A stretch of 32,000 bases of DNA from Aliivibrio fischeri ES114 (GCF_000011805.1 NC_006841.2), one strand, 5' to 3'. Counted from the first letter of the stretch, positions 17,615 through 27,824 are shown. Numbers and translations: made by a program. Notes: generated from the sequence alone by a model not told the origin.

Positions 17615-18071
17615 AATAAAGCTCTTCTAAGTGGTTAGTCCATTAAGAAATCAATCATAAAAATGTACTAATAATGCAATCTAGTAGATTTGTAAGATTC
17701 AAATCCTTTTATAATTTATTTTTATCGTGTATTGCTTTCTAAACATCATATAACAACTTGTCCGTTAAATTCGTTCTCAAAAGTAAGAAATAAAAAATGT
17801 AACGTAAATACGAAGTTGTGGCCTAAAAAGCGTTTGGAGTCTAGTTTGCGGTATACAGTATTGAATTACAACAAACGCCTGCGGATTCTTACAAAAATTT
17901 GTCATATAGGTTCGTTTTTTGAGAAATTCATCCCAAGTTAAGTAACTGTGCGTAATTCTTTGTTCAGATGTTATCTTTTATGCAACTAGATATTCAATAT
18001 GATAAAAATGGTAGAGTTCTGATAAAAAGCAGCATAGTATTACCCTACTACTACTATTGAGGATACAAGCA

Positions 18072-18368
18072 ATGAGTTCTGAAGTTGAACAAAACGTACC
18101 ATGTGAAGCATGTGGTTGTAGTGCAGAAATGGGTTTTGTGATTAAAGAAGGTGATGATGTTGCTGAAGTAAGCATCTTCGCTGACAATAAAGTATTATTA
18201 GAATCTGAATTTTCTAACTACCTAGCATTGGCTAAAGAAGTATGTGCAGACGTTGAGCACAGTATTGTAATTACCGAAGATGAAAAAGAATTGCATGCTC
18301 GTCTTAAGTTTTCATGCAGTGCAGAAAAATTAATTTATGAATTAAAAACACGTTCTCTACGTCGTTAA
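18072..18368 (+). CDS. YfcZ/YiiS-family protein
   Basis: MSSEVEQNVPCEACGCSAEMGFVIKEGDDVAEVSIF; small conserved family architecture. Confidence 0.75.
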   Translation: MSSEVEQNVPCEACGCSAEMGFVIKEGDDVAEVSIFADNKVLLESEFSNYLALAKEVCADVEHSIVITEDEKELHARLKFSCSAEKLIYELKTRSLRR

Positions 18369-18385
18369 CTTTTGTTCAAAATGAA

Positions 18386-18421
18386 AAAAAGGCCCTAACT
18401 AGTCACCTAGAGGGCCTTTTT
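18386..18421. terminator. Bidirectional terminator
   Basis: AAAAAGGCCCT ... AGGGCCTTTTT with inner CTAG/CTAG pairing. Confidence 0.85.
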
Positions 18422-18437
18422 TATTAATTCTGTATTA

Positions 18438-18644
18438 TTAAAGAGCTACGATATTAGCTGCTTGCGGGCCTTTTTGACCTTGCTCAACATCGAAAGACAC
18501 TGCTTGGCCTTCTTTTAACGTTTTGAAGCCTTCTGATTGAATTTGGCTAAAGTGAGCGAACACATCAGGTCCATTCTCTTGAGCAATAAAACCAAAACCT
18601 TTTTCTTCGTTAAACCATTTAACAGTACCAGTTGCTTTAGCCAT
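18438..18644 (-). CDS. Cold shock-family protein
   Basis: 68 aa [31 protein letters not shown]. Confidence 0.95.
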   Translation of the reverse strand: MAKATGTVKWFNEEKGFGFIAQENGPDVFAHFSQIQSEGFKTLKEGQAVSFDVEQGQKGPQAANIVAL

Positions 18645-18832
18645 GATGTTTCCTTAAACCTTAAAAATTTGAGTTTACTAGTGACACATTTGTCGCTTCG
18701 GTATCCATTACCGAATTTCACTATAACAAAAGTAGTTTCATAAATGAAACGCAAAATAAGGACCTATATCACTGATTTGAGATTAAACTTATTTGCAAAT
18801 TTGTCGATAATATAGGAAGAGATTCATTTACC

Positions 18833-19456
18833 GTGAAAATTATGTCTAAATTCAATTACCTGCTAACTGGCTTTATTGGCTGTGTATTTTTAAGTAATCC
18901 AGTTTATGCAGAAAAGCTAAACAAGCACCGTTTAATTAATCATATTGATAGTTATGGAAATATTACGCTTAGAAACACAGATTATACAGAGTTACCTGAT
19001 GACCTTGTTCTTAAAGGTAATTTGAATCTTGCGAACAGCCAAATAAAAAAACTACCAAAAGGTCTTGTTGTTAAAGGTAACTTAAATTTAGCTAACACCG
19101 TGATTAAGTCAATTCCTAGAGGCACTAAGGTTGAGGGTTACCTAAACTTAGCTGGTACGACTGAACTAAAACGTTACCCTCGTGGTATTAAAGTGGCAGG
19201 CTTTATTAATTTTGCTGGTTCTGGCGTGACCGAATTACCACAACGATTAACGGTTAATGGTGACTTAAGTGTAATTAGAACTCCCCTTACTCAATTACCG
19301 AAACAGCTAACTGTTACAGGTAATCTATATTTAGGTTATTCAAAAATCACAACGCTTCCTGATGATTTAGTTGTAAAAGGCAACATTTATTTAGGTGGTC
19401 AACAAATTACTGAATTCCCAGAAACCATAAAAGTTGATGGTTATATTTTTAAGTAG
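18833..19456 (+). CDS. Exported protein with about seven 20-aa LP..L.VkGnLnL repeats
   Basis: Signal peptide then repeats such as LPDDLVLKGNLNLANSQIKK / LPKGLVVKGNLNLANTVIKS / LPKQLTVTGNLYLGYSKITT. Confidence 0.8.
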   Translation: MKIMSKFNYLLTGFIGCVFLSNPVYAEKLNKHRLINHIDSYGNITLRNTDYTELPDDLVLKGNLNLANSQIKKLPKGLVVKGNLNLANTVIKSIPRGTKVEGYLNLAGTTELKRYPRGIKVAGFINFAGSGVTELPQRLTVNGDLSVIRTPLTQLPKQLTVTGNLYLGYSKITTLPDDLVVKGNIYLGGQQITEFPETIKVDGYIFK

Positions 19457-19495
19457 CATTACAATAAGCTCATAAAAAATATTATGGGCAGTATT

Positions 19496-20419
19496 ATGTT
19501 AGACAACCTACACGAGATGGTCATTTTTGCTACCGTAGCAAATGAATTAAATTTTACTCGAGCAGCAGAAAAGCTTGGGATATCTAAATCTCATGTATCC
19601 AAACAAGTTAAAGCGTTAGAAACTCGATTAGATTGCCAACTGGTTCAACGTAATAATCGCTCTGTTTCCATTACGGAGTTAGGCAGCCAGTATGCGGAGT
19701 ATTGTCAAAAATTAATCGATATTGCTTATGAAGCTGATGCTCTACTTGATGCCCATCACGGTAGGATCTCGGGTGTATTTAAAGTTGGGATTGCTCAATC
19801 GTTTGGCAACAGCCACATTATTCATGCTCTAGCTGAATTCCAAGCACAGTTTCCTGAAATTGAACTCGAAGTGAGTCTTTTTGATCATAAACCAAAACTG
19901 CTTGAAGATGGTTTAGATTGCTGGATTGCAATTCATGATGATTTACCAGAAGGTATGGTGGCAAGAAAAATAGCCGATTGTCGATTTGTTGTTGCAGCTT
20001 CTCCTGATTATATTGAACAACATGGCTGCCCTACACGTCCTGCTGAATTGGTAAAACATAAATGTATTACCTATCAAAGTAACGAAAGAAGATTTAATGA
20101 TTGGGAGTTCACTCGCGATGGTGTACACCAAGTAGTTAATGTTCAAAGTAACTTTAAAATTGATAATGCTTCTGCCATTTTAGACGCAACAAAAGCCGGT
20201 GCAGGTATCGCATACTTAGCAAGCTATTTATTAGAAAATGAATTTGATAATGGCAGCTTAGTTCGATTATTAAAAGAATGGCAGGCAGATATGAAGTTAC
20301 CGATTTATGCGGTATACCCAAGGAGACAGCATTTGCCTCCTAAGGTAAGAACGTTTATTGACTTCTTATCCCAACAAGTTGGTAATCCTCCCCATTGGGA
20401 TAAAAAGCTATTTAACTGA
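19496..20419 (+). CDS. LysR-family transcriptional regulator
   Basis: MLDNLHEMVIFATVANELNFTRAAEKLGISKSHVSKQVKALE HTH and substrate-binding domain. Confidence 0.92.
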   Translation: MLDNLHEMVIFATVANELNFTRAAEKLGISKSHVSKQVKALETRLDCQLVQRNNRSVSITELGSQYAEYCQKLIDIAYEADALLDAHHGRISGVFKVGIAQSFGNSHIIHALAEFQAQFPEIELEVSLFDHKPKLLEDGLDCWIAIHDDLPEGMVARKIADCRFVVAASPDYIEQHGCPTRPAELVKHKCITYQSNERRFNDWEFTRDGVHQVVNVQSNFKIDNASAILDATKAGAGIAYLASYLLENEFDNGSLVRLLKEWQADMKLPIYAVYPRRQHLPPKVRTFIDFLSQQVGNPPHWDKKLFN

Positions 20420-20420
20420 T

Positions 20421-21548
20421 TTATAAGCTAGGCTCAGCTTTGATTTTTTGTGCGTTATTTACCGGATTAGCATAAAGCGCACGCAAATAAGGCTTTTCTT
20501 CTTCTGTTAATTGAGCGAGTTTTTCATTCAACTCGCTGATTACGCCTTGATTAACATCATTTGATTCAACATTTGCAGCAGCGTAATTGATTGGGAATAA
20601 GTGGTAGTTTTGTGTGATTTGCTTATCCATCTCGACCGCTAATTCATCTGCATTTTCAGGCGCATTAGTTACAACGTCACCGAAATGAATGTGGATGCGT
20701 TTTTTATTGCCGATGATACCTTTAATAATGCTATCGATATCCTCAAACTCGCCTTTTTCATAAGAGCCTTGAGTTGCTAACGCATTCAGTTCTTTAGCCT
20801 TTTGAAGATCCAGTGGATCATTTTCGTATGAAATCGATACAGGAACAATATTTAAACCGTTCATGTAATCGGCGAAACTTTCTTTACGCTTACGCCCTTC
20901 TACATGAAACATTTTTAAAATAGCTGGATCAGTAAAATCATTACCGTCTTTCGCTCGACCTTCTTTTTGGGCAATCCAAATTGAATTATTGGTTTCTAGC
21001 GAATGTTTGATGTATGAAGATAATAAGCCTAATGCTTGAAGCATTTGACGAGGCGCTTTTGCCGATCGTTTAACAATAAAACTTTTATTCAGTTTCATTA
21101 ACTCAGTACTGCATGCTTTCTTTAATAGGTTGTCACCAATTGCAATGCGTACCGTCTGCATTTTGTTGTTATATAAAACCCAGTTCATTAATGCTGGATC
21201 CATTGCAATATCACGGTGATTAGATACGAACAAGTAAGATTGTTCTGGATCTAATTTATCAAGACCTGAATGAGTAATACCACCGGTTGTGGTTTTGATG
21301 GTTTTATTCAAATACTTTGCAACATTAATTTGCACATCTTCAACTGTTTTGATTTTTGATAATGTGCTACGTAATTTGTAACGTAGTAATGGAGCAAGAA
21401 GCCAAAACAAAAACTTAGATGCTGATGGAAATTTGTAGTGAAGAATGGCTGTTATAAATTCATCATCAGAAATTAATCGCTCAATAGCCGCAGGCACTTC
21501 GTTGTCGTTATATGGACGAATTTCTTGATAGATATCTTGTGTGGTCAT
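20421..21548 (-). CDS. PlsC-like (glycerol-phosphate) acyltransferase domain protein
   Basis: YLFVSNHRDIAMDPALMN acyltransferase motif; start reassigned to MTTQDIY at 21548. Confidence 0.78.
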   Translation of the reverse strand: MTTQDIYQEIRPYNDNEVPAAIERLISDDEFITAILHYKFPSASKFLFWLLAPLLRYKLRSTLSKIKTVEDVQINVAKYLNKTIKTTTGGITHSGLDKLDPEQSYLFVSNHRDIAMDPALMNWVLYNNKMQTVRIAIGDNLLKKACSTELMKLNKSFIVKRSAKAPRQMLQALGLLSSYIKHSLETNNSIWIAQKEGRAKDGNDFTDPAILKMFHVEGRKRKESFADYMNGLNIVPVSISYENDPLDLQKAKELNALATQGSYEKGEFEDIDSIIKGIIGNKKRIHIHFGDVVTNAPENADELAVEMDKQITQNYHLFPINYAAANVESNDVNQGVISELNEKLAQLTEEEKPYLRALYANPVNNAQKIKAEPSL

Positions 21549-21728
21549 GTTTGGACTTCTGGTTACCGAAAATGGAATAAGCGCATATTCTACTTGATTT
21601 TTATGTCGTTGTACGTGATCAATTTCAGAGGTCGTACCATTGGGGCTCAAATCAATGATAAAGCATGAGAATGCATTGATTTTTTAATGGAAACCAGTAA
21701 AGTTACGCACTTCAATTTAGAGGTCGAT

Positions 21729-22349
21729 ATGAAAAACGCAATTACTTTTGAGTCAGACACACTTACTACGCTTTTTTACACTGCTCGTAAGAAGAAAAAT
21801 CATTACGAACTGGTTTCGGTTGAATCTGGCGCAATGCTAATTCGTCTTGGCAAATGGGAATATTTAGTTGAAGCTGGAGAGATGTTTTGGCTGCCGTTCG
21901 ACTCTTTAATCTCAGAAACGGTGGTTCCTAATTCGACCATTTCTAGAATTTGTTTTTCTATAAGAACTCGTGAAAATTTGCCGCACCAAGGCGGCTACCT
22001 TCACTCGACACCATTGCTTTGTGCTGCTTTAAATAAGCTTCAAACGAAAACTATCAGCAACGAAGCACAGCAGCGTCTATTATCGGTGATTCAGGATGAG
22101 ATCTTGGATTCGATTTGTCACACATCACTTTCTGATAAATCCAGTGCGATAACGCATTATGTGGCAGAATTAGGGAAAAGTGCTGCTCCTTCGCAAGTAA
22201 ATTTATCTGCCGATATGATGATGCTATTAAAAGTTCGTGAAGCTGACAAAATGAGAAAATCAGGCGGTAAAATGGATGTTATTGCGGAAAGACTGTTTGA
22301 GGGTAACGTTCAATTAATGGAGCAGGCTTTTACTATTTTAAGTGAGTAA
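21729..22349 (+). CDS. Cupin/AraC N-terminal-like ligand-binding protein, possible regulator lacking clear HTH
   Basis: YELVSVESGAMLIRLGKWEYLVEAGEMFWLPFDSL cupin-like segment; AGAGG SD before ATG 21729. Confidence 0.55.
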   Translation: MKNAITFESDTLTTLFYTARKKKNHYELVSVESGAMLIRLGKWEYLVEAGEMFWLPFDSLISETVVPNSTISRICFSIRTRENLPHQGGYLHSTPLLCAALNKLQTKTISNEAQQRLLSVIQDEILDSICHTSLSDKSSAITHYVAELGKSAAPSQVNLSADMMMLLKVREADKMRKSGGKMDVIAERLFEGNVQLMEQAFTILSE

Positions 22350-22385
22350 CACCCTGCTCTAATAAGGTCTTTATGAATTTGATGG

Positions 22386-22895
22386 TTACTGAAAAGGCAC
22401 TTCAAATTGCATAAAGACCTGATCATCCGCTTTATCGTGCCAGCGATAATCAATACGAAATCGTGCGCTTTTGCCTTTTTTCTCGCCACCAAACGCTAAA
22501 CTCAACTGTAAACCGTGGCTTTCAAGCCATTCGCCATAAGATTCAAACTCTTCAATTTTTTTATCGTAATACTCTTCTGGTTGCCAAACGGTAAATCCAA
22601 CAGCACTATCACTTAAATAACCTGTTAGTAATGGGTCATCACCAGTACTGTATGCCCAGTTTTCCCAGAAGGTAGGCTCTTCAAACACTTCACTTTCAAT
22701 TCTATTGGTCATACTAGTTAGTTGATTAATGAACTGATTTACTTCAAACAGTGGGATTAAACATGATGAGGTTGAAGAGTAAATTTCACGAGAATAACTA
22801 TCGTAACTTTCCTGAAAACAAGTGGCCTTATTCACTGCACTCACATTTAAAGGCAGTAAGAAAAGCAGACTAAGTAAACTCACTTGTTTCTTCAT
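22386..22895 (-). CDS. Hypothetical secreted protein
   Basis: 169 aa with signal peptide MKKQVSLLSLLFLLPLNVSA. Confidence 0.6.
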   Translation of the reverse strand: MKKQVSLLSLLFLLPLNVSAVNKATCFQESYDSYSREIYSSTSSCLIPLFEVNQFINQLTSMTNRIESEVFEEPTFWENWAYSTGDDPLLTGYLSDSAVGFTVWQPEEYYDKKIEEFESYGEWLESHGLQLSLAFGGEKKGKSARFRIDYRWHDKADDQVFMQFEVPFQ

Positions 22896-22901
22896 TTATT
22901 G

Positions 22902-23414
22902 TTACTCGTATAATCGATGTTTCTTTATATAATCCGCAACATGCGGTGTTGTTAAGTGGCTAATTTCCATATTGTCACCAATTGCATTCCTTATGTCTGT
23001 GCTGCGGATCGCAACTGTTTCAGGACATGCCATGACAGACCAACGTTTTACTATTTCGTCTGACTTATGAAACTTAGCAAATTGTAATAGGTTATCGGGT
23101 CCTATTATGAAAGTTATATCGGCGTTTTTTTCATTTTCTTGAAGTCTATTTAGCAGTGAAAATGTAGTTACGCTCTGATCTGGAATGTGAATCTCTTTTT
23201 CTAATGTCGAGATTTCGACATTTTTGATAATTAAATCTTTAGCAAATTCATTCAACATTTCTACACGAGTATCAAATGAAAGCATGGTTTTTCCCCAAGC
23301 ATGGGCAATACTCGGTACGAGTAATACTCTATCAAAATGCCCAAGACGCTCGATAACGCTTTTATGACCAAGAGATGGCGGATTAAACGCGCTTCCAAAT
23401 ACAGCAATCTTCAT
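22902..23414 (-). CDS. Nicotinate-nucleotide adenylyltransferase-like nucleotidyltransferase
   Basis: MKIAVFGSAFNPPSLGHKSVIERL and VAIRSTDIRNAIG motifs; next to nadE. Confidence 0.82.
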   Translation of the reverse strand: MKIAVFGSAFNPPSLGHKSVIERLGHFDRVLLVPSIAHAWGKTMLSFDTRVEMLNEFAKDLIIKNVEISTLEKEIHIPDQSVTTFSLLNRLQENEKNADITFIIGPDNLLQFAKFHKSDEIVKRWSVMACPETVAIRSTDIRNAIGDNMEISHLTTPHVADYIKKHRLYE

Positions 23415-23568
23415 ACAAACTTCCTATCGATTTGATTATAAACAGCATAAGTGAAAATTTTGTCAAAGGCTATGCCATGTATCATTTCTCTATTATTAAT
23501 TACATTATTTCAGTATTATTAATCAACATTAATCGTAAATAAGACTCGAATGAGCAAAGGAATGAGTA

Positions 23569-24399
23569 ATGCAGCAGCAAATTGTTGAAGAAATGAAAGT
23601 AAAGGTGTCAATTGACCCTGTTGAAGAGATCAAAAAACGTGTGGACTTTATTAAAGGTAAATTGCTTGAAGCTCACTGTAAATCGTTAATTCTTGGTATC
23701 AGTGGTGGTGTTGATTCGACAACTTGTGGTCGTTTAGCTCAACTTGCCGTAAATGAACTTAACCTTGAGACTCAAAGTTCAGATTATCAATTTATTGCAG
23801 TTCGTCTTCCTTATGGTATCCAACAAGATGAAGATGAAGCACAACTAGCACTTCAATTTATTCAACCGACCCACTCTATTAGTATTAATATTAAAAACGG
23901 TGTTGATGGTCTACATTCAGCTAATCACATCGCACTTAAAGATACGGGTTTATTGCCAACCGATAGCGCAAAAATCGATTTTGTAAAAGGTAATGTTAAG
24001 GCTCGTGCCCGTATGATTGCTCAATACGAAGTTGCAGGCTATGTCGGTGGTTTGGTATTAGGCACTGATCACTCTGCTGAAAATATTACGGGCTTTTATA
24101 CTAAATTTGGTGATGGTGCGTGTGACTTAGCGCCTTTGTTTGGTTTAAATAAACGCCAAGTTCGTGAGGTTGCAGCGCAATTAGGTGCACCAGAGCAGTT
24201 AGTTAAAAAAGTACCAACTGCTGATTTAGAAGAGTTAGCACCACAGAAAGCGGACGAAGATGCTTTATCTGTTAGCTATGATCAAATTGATGACTTTTTG
24301 GAAGGTAAAAAAATTGATGCTGATGCAGAAGATCGATTAATTAAAATCTACCAAATGTCTCAGCATAAACGTAAGCCTATCCCAACTATTTATGATTAA
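23569..24399 (+). CDS. nadE: NH3-dependent NAD+ synthetase
   Basis: [22 protein letters not shown] and [35 protein letters not shown]. Confidence 0.97.
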   Translation: MQQQIVEEMKVKVSIDPVEEIKKRVDFIKGKLLEAHCKSLILGISGGVDSTTCGRLAQLAVNELNLETQSSDYQFIAVRLPYGIQQDEDEAQLALQFIQPTHSISINIKNGVDGLHSANHIALKDTGLLPTDSAKIDFVKGNVKARARMIAQYEVAGYVGGLVLGTDHSAENITGFYTKFGDGACDLAPLFGLNKRQVREVAAQLGAPEQLVKKVPTADLEELAPQKADEDALSVSYDQIDDFLEGKKIDADAEDRLIKIYQMSQHKRKPIPTIYD

Positions 24400-24680
24400 T
24401 CATTAATAGTTGGTAATGGTATTTGATTAATGACTAAGGCTTCTTTTGAAGCTTTAGTCATTTTTTTTATACGATATTCGTATTTTAAAGCAATGGATTT
24501 ATTTTCAACGTCGTGTTGCCAAACTAAGGTCAAAGGCCCTTTTCCTTTAAGGTATTTTGCCCCTTTCCCATTTTGATGCATTTTAAAGCGTCGTTCTAAA
24601 TTATTAGTAATGCCGCAATACAAGCTACCTACCCGAGTTCTTATCAGGTAGATAAACCATGTGTTCTTTTTTTCAGTCAT
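24396..24680 (-). CDS. GIY-YIG nuclease family protein
   Basis: [47 protein letters not shown]. Confidence 0.9.
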   Translation of the reverse strand: MTEKKNTWFIYLIRTRVGSLYCGITNNLERRFKMHQNGKGAKYLKGKGPLTLVWQHDVENKSIALKYEYRIKKMTKASKEALVINQIPLPTIND

Positions 24681-25333
24681 TATTTATCAAGTAAATTGTT
24701 GATAAGTTTCTTTAGTTCTTCTACTTCGAGTTTTAAATCAGCTACATCTGATTCGAGTGCCACAATACGTTCATTATCATGTGATTCTGAAGGTGCCTGT
24801 TGAACCGTTGCTATTGCTTGACTGACTTCCCCACAGAATAAATGAGCAAAACGTGCTTCTCTTTTTCCTGGTTCTTTTGCTAATTTGATAACTTTAGGGC
24901 TGTGTTCATCTGCAGAAAGACCATTTAATACGTTTTCAACTTGAGCTACGTTATCAAATTCACATAAGCGCTGTGTTCTAGTACGAAGTTCGCCTGGTGT
25001 TTGCGGGCCACGTAAAAACAAAACACATAAAACAGCGAGTTCTTGCTTAGAGAGTTTAAGACTACCAAATTCGGTATTACAGAAACGGTGTTGGTATTTT
25101 GCTACACGTGAATTACCTCGTGTTTCATCAGTAATGATACGTTCTTGGATCAGTGTATTCACACTGTCTAGGACATCAGAATCTGTCAGTGATGTTACAG
25201 GGTCACGGTTACTTTTTTGATTACAAGCAGTTGTTAATGCATTGAGAGTTAATGGATATTGCTCTGGCGTTGTGATTTCTTTTTCAATTAAACAGCCGAT
25301 AATACGGATCTCAGTCTCGCTAAATATTCTCAT
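24680..25333 (-). CDS. YceH-family (DUF480) protein
   Basis: EIRIIGCLIEKEITTPEQYPLTLNALTTACNQKSNRDPVTSLTD; start set at MRIFSE. Confidence 0.9.
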   Translation of the reverse strand: MRIFSETEIRIIGCLIEKEITTPEQYPLTLNALTTACNQKSNRDPVTSLTDSDVLDSVNTLIQERIITDETRGNSRVAKYQHRFCNTEFGSLKLSKQELAVLCVLFLRGPQTPGELRTRTQRLCEFDNVAQVENVLNGLSADEHSPKVIKLAKEPGKREARFAHLFCGEVSQAIATVQQAPSESHDNERIVALESDVADLKLEVEELKKLINNLLDK

Positions 25334-25484
25334 TTTATCTTTTCCTTGCTTATAACCGCCCAAAATGACGTAAGTGTGAGCTAAGCGGTTAAAATATGTT
25401 ATTAACTAATCAATTAGTAGATACGCTATATTCTATTCATGATAGTATTCTTTAGTTAAATTAATATCAATTGGAGAAACACTC

Positions 25485-25904
25485 ATGGGCCTTTTTAGTA
25501 GTCGGTCTACCTCGGCATCTTTATCTATCGTTGCAAAAGGTTGCCGTATCATCGGTAATCTAGAATCAGAACAAAGCATCCAAATTGATGGCTATGTTCA
25601 AGGTAATATTGCAACTGAAGCTGAAGTGATTGTTACTCCTACTGGGAGAGTTCAGGGCGATATCAAAGCGGGATTAGTTTTGATTAATGGTTTGGTTGAA
25701 GGAACTTGCCAAGGTGGCGAAGTGAATATTCAAGCTAAAGGTAAATTTAAGGGAACCATGCAAACTCAGCATCTTACTATCGATAAAGGTGGTTTGTTAA
25801 TTGGTGAAAACCTTGAAGTTGTTGAAGTTGAAAATGTAACTAAGATTTCTCCAAACAGAGACCTAGACAAAGAAGCAAGTGAAGATAGCTCAAAATCTGC
25901 GTAA
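25485..25904 (+). CDS. Bactofilin-family (polymer-forming cytoskeletal) protein
   Basis: SIVAKGCRIIGNLESEQSIQIDGYVQGNIATEAEVIVTPTGRVQGDIKAGLVLINGLVEG. Confidence 0.88.
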   Translation: MGLFSSRSTSASLSIVAKGCRIIGNLESEQSIQIDGYVQGNIATEAEVIVTPTGRVQGDIKAGLVLINGLVEGTCQGGEVNIQAKGKFKGTMQTQHLTIDKGGLLIGENLEVVEVENVTKISPNRDLDKEASEDSSKSA

Positions 25905-26003
25905 TACCATCTTTTTAACACTGTATTGATCTTGTTATTGTTTTCGCTATCGCATTTATGATTTAATCAAGATAGAAGCTATTAAATATTATAGGAAATT
26001 GAA

Positions 26004-26312
26004 ATGAACAACGTTTTTGAAATCATCAACCAAGCTCGTCGTAAAAACAAACTGAAGCGTGAACTTCAAGACAACCAAAAGAAAATTCGTGATAACCAAA
26101 AGCGTGTAACGCTTCTAGAAAACATGCTTGATTACATTCACCCAACTATGACTACAGCTGAAGTTATTGCAGTTGTTGAAAACATGAAAGCTGATTACGA
26201 AGACCGTGTTGATGATCACATCATCAAAAGTGCAGAAATCTCTAAATCTCGTCGTGATATCAGCCGTAAGATCCGTGAACTGACAGAAGCTGATAAAAAA
26301 GCGAACAAATAA
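26004..26312 (+). CDS. Small charged coiled-coil protein, unknown function
   Basis: 102 aa, strong SD-like AGGAAATTGAA upstream, heptad-like charged repeats, terminator downstream. Confidence 0.7.
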
Positions 26313-26376
26313 TCGCTTATTTATGATGAAAAAAGGAGGCTAAATTAGCCTCCTTTTTTTTGTTTATACTTTGATA

Positions 26377-26820
26377 TTATTTTTGGTTTAATCGCTCAGC
26401 CAAAGCTTCTGCAGTTACGTCTTCAACCGCTAGAAACATTGATTTGATTTCCCCAGTTGTACTTCGCATTGGATTCAATGTGACATTCTGATACATAAAC
26501 TCACTTTGTTGAGTAATTGGTCGAACATTACGACAACGAAACAAGTACGGTTTTTGACGCCAAGTAATAAAACTTCTTGTTCCTAGTTCAAATACAGGTT
26601 TTGTTTTGGCCTTAAACCAAGCTTCGTTTATTTCTGGAAATAAATCGAACAATGATTTTGTCATCACATCATGGGCTTGCTTTCCACTATGATGCGTCAT
26701 GAATCCATTCCATAAGTGCACATTAAATTCTTTATCGACTACGATTAGTCCGATATCGACGTTTTGCACCATATCGACCATCCAATGAAACTGTTCAAAT
26801 TCAGCTGGGATCCCATTCAT
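26377..26820 (-). CDS. PAS-domain protein
   Basis: VDKEFNVHLWNGFMTHHSGKQAHDVMTKSLFDLFPE; TAATG coupling with upstream response-regulator gene. Confidence 0.8.
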   Translation of the reverse strand: MNGIPAEFEQFHWMVDMVQNVDIGLIVVDKEFNVHLWNGFMTHHSGKQAHDVMTKSLFDLFPEINEAWFKAKTKPVFELGTRSFITWRQKPYLFRCRNVRPITQQSEFMYQNVTLNPMRSTTGEIKSMFLAVEDVTAEALAERLNQK

Positions 26821-27824
26821 TATTCGTCATCCAATAGGTAAGCAAGTTTGTTGTCTAAAATTGGTAATGATTCATCAACTATCATTAATAGCATATCGCA
26901 TTTAATTTGTGTGCCATCAATGTTATAGCTCACTTCAAAAGCCATGATACGGTTGAATGTCCCTTTGGTTGATTCAACAACACTATCTATAGAAATATGC
27001 TGACCAAGCAGTACTGGTGCACTTTGGAAAAAGCGCACTTCTGCTTGCTCCCCAATTCCTTTAAGAAAAGCTCCAACCAAAATGTTTGAAACATCCATCA
27101 ATAGCTCAAGCTCTAAACTTGCATCGTCACTTTCAGGGTAATCCATTAAGTTCAACAAATCGGACACGCTTGAATCACTTAATAAAATCAAAGCTTCACC
27201 AGCGATACCCTCACCACTAAATCCTTGGCACACACCTGACATATGTTCATTCGTCGCTAAGTGGCGTAATGTCATTTGTAATTCACTCATTTCGAATAAA
27301 TTAACGTTTGGAAGTGGCATGTGCACAAATACATCAAAGTGTCTTGCTAATGAATCTGCTGCTCGCCCTATTGCTACGTTAGCTACCTCAAGATAAACAT
27401 CTCGACGTCGCAACTGAATTGGTTGAACCGACTGCACTTGATAGCTTGCAGGTTTTTCTGGTTGAATACCAATATTCTGTAATGTTGAGATTAAGGTAGC
27501 TTTATCTAATGGTTTTTTGATGAAGGCTTTTGCACCCAGTTCAGCAACTCGTTGTTGTGCTTTAGGTTGTATATCACCAGAAACAACAACGGTAGATATG
27601 GTAATGTTACGTTTTTTAATCTCTTCAAGTGTACCGTAGCCATCTAACTCAGGCATGGTTAAATCAAGAAAAAGAATATCAAAGGTATTGGCTTCTAATT
27701 TATGAATAGCGTCCCAACCATGCTGAGCAAACTCAATATTTGCTCCCCATGATACAGGTATTACACGGGATAGTTGTTTACGAGCCAGAGCGGAATCGTC
27801 ACAGATTAAGATGGAAATGGCCAT
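26820..27824 (-). CDS. Response regulator with C-terminal CheC/CheX-like domain
   Basis: REC domain ICDDSALARKQL...ILFLDLTMPELDGYG...GAKAFIKKPLDKATL and ELELLMDVSNILVGAFLKGIGEQ. Confidence 0.85.
   Translation of the reverse strand: MAISILICDDSALARKQLSRVIPVSWGANIEFAQHGWDAIHKLEANTFDILFLDLTMPELDGYGTLEEIKKRNITISTVVVSGDIQPKAQQRVAELGAKAFIKKPLDKATLISTLQNIGIQPEKPASYQVQSVQPIQLRRRDVYLEVANVAIGRAADSLARHFDVFVHMPLPNVNLFEMSELQMTLRHLATNEHMSGVCQGFSGEGIAGEALILLSDSSVSDLLNLMDYPESDDASLELELLMDVSNILVGAFLKGIGEQAEVRFFQSAPVLLGQHISIDSVVESTKGTFNRIMAFEVSYNIDGTQIKCDMLLMIVDESLPILDNKLAYLLDDE

Noticed and set aside
17830-17878. Possible integron attC site (GCGTTTG...CAAACGC)
   Set aside because: Short arms, no R''/L'' boxes with GTTRRRY consensus and no integrase or cassette nearby.
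18515-18754. 79-aa minus ORF overlapping the cold shock gene and 18537-18743 plus ORF
   Set aside because: Alternative frames of the clear 68-aa cold shock protein gene and its 5' leader.
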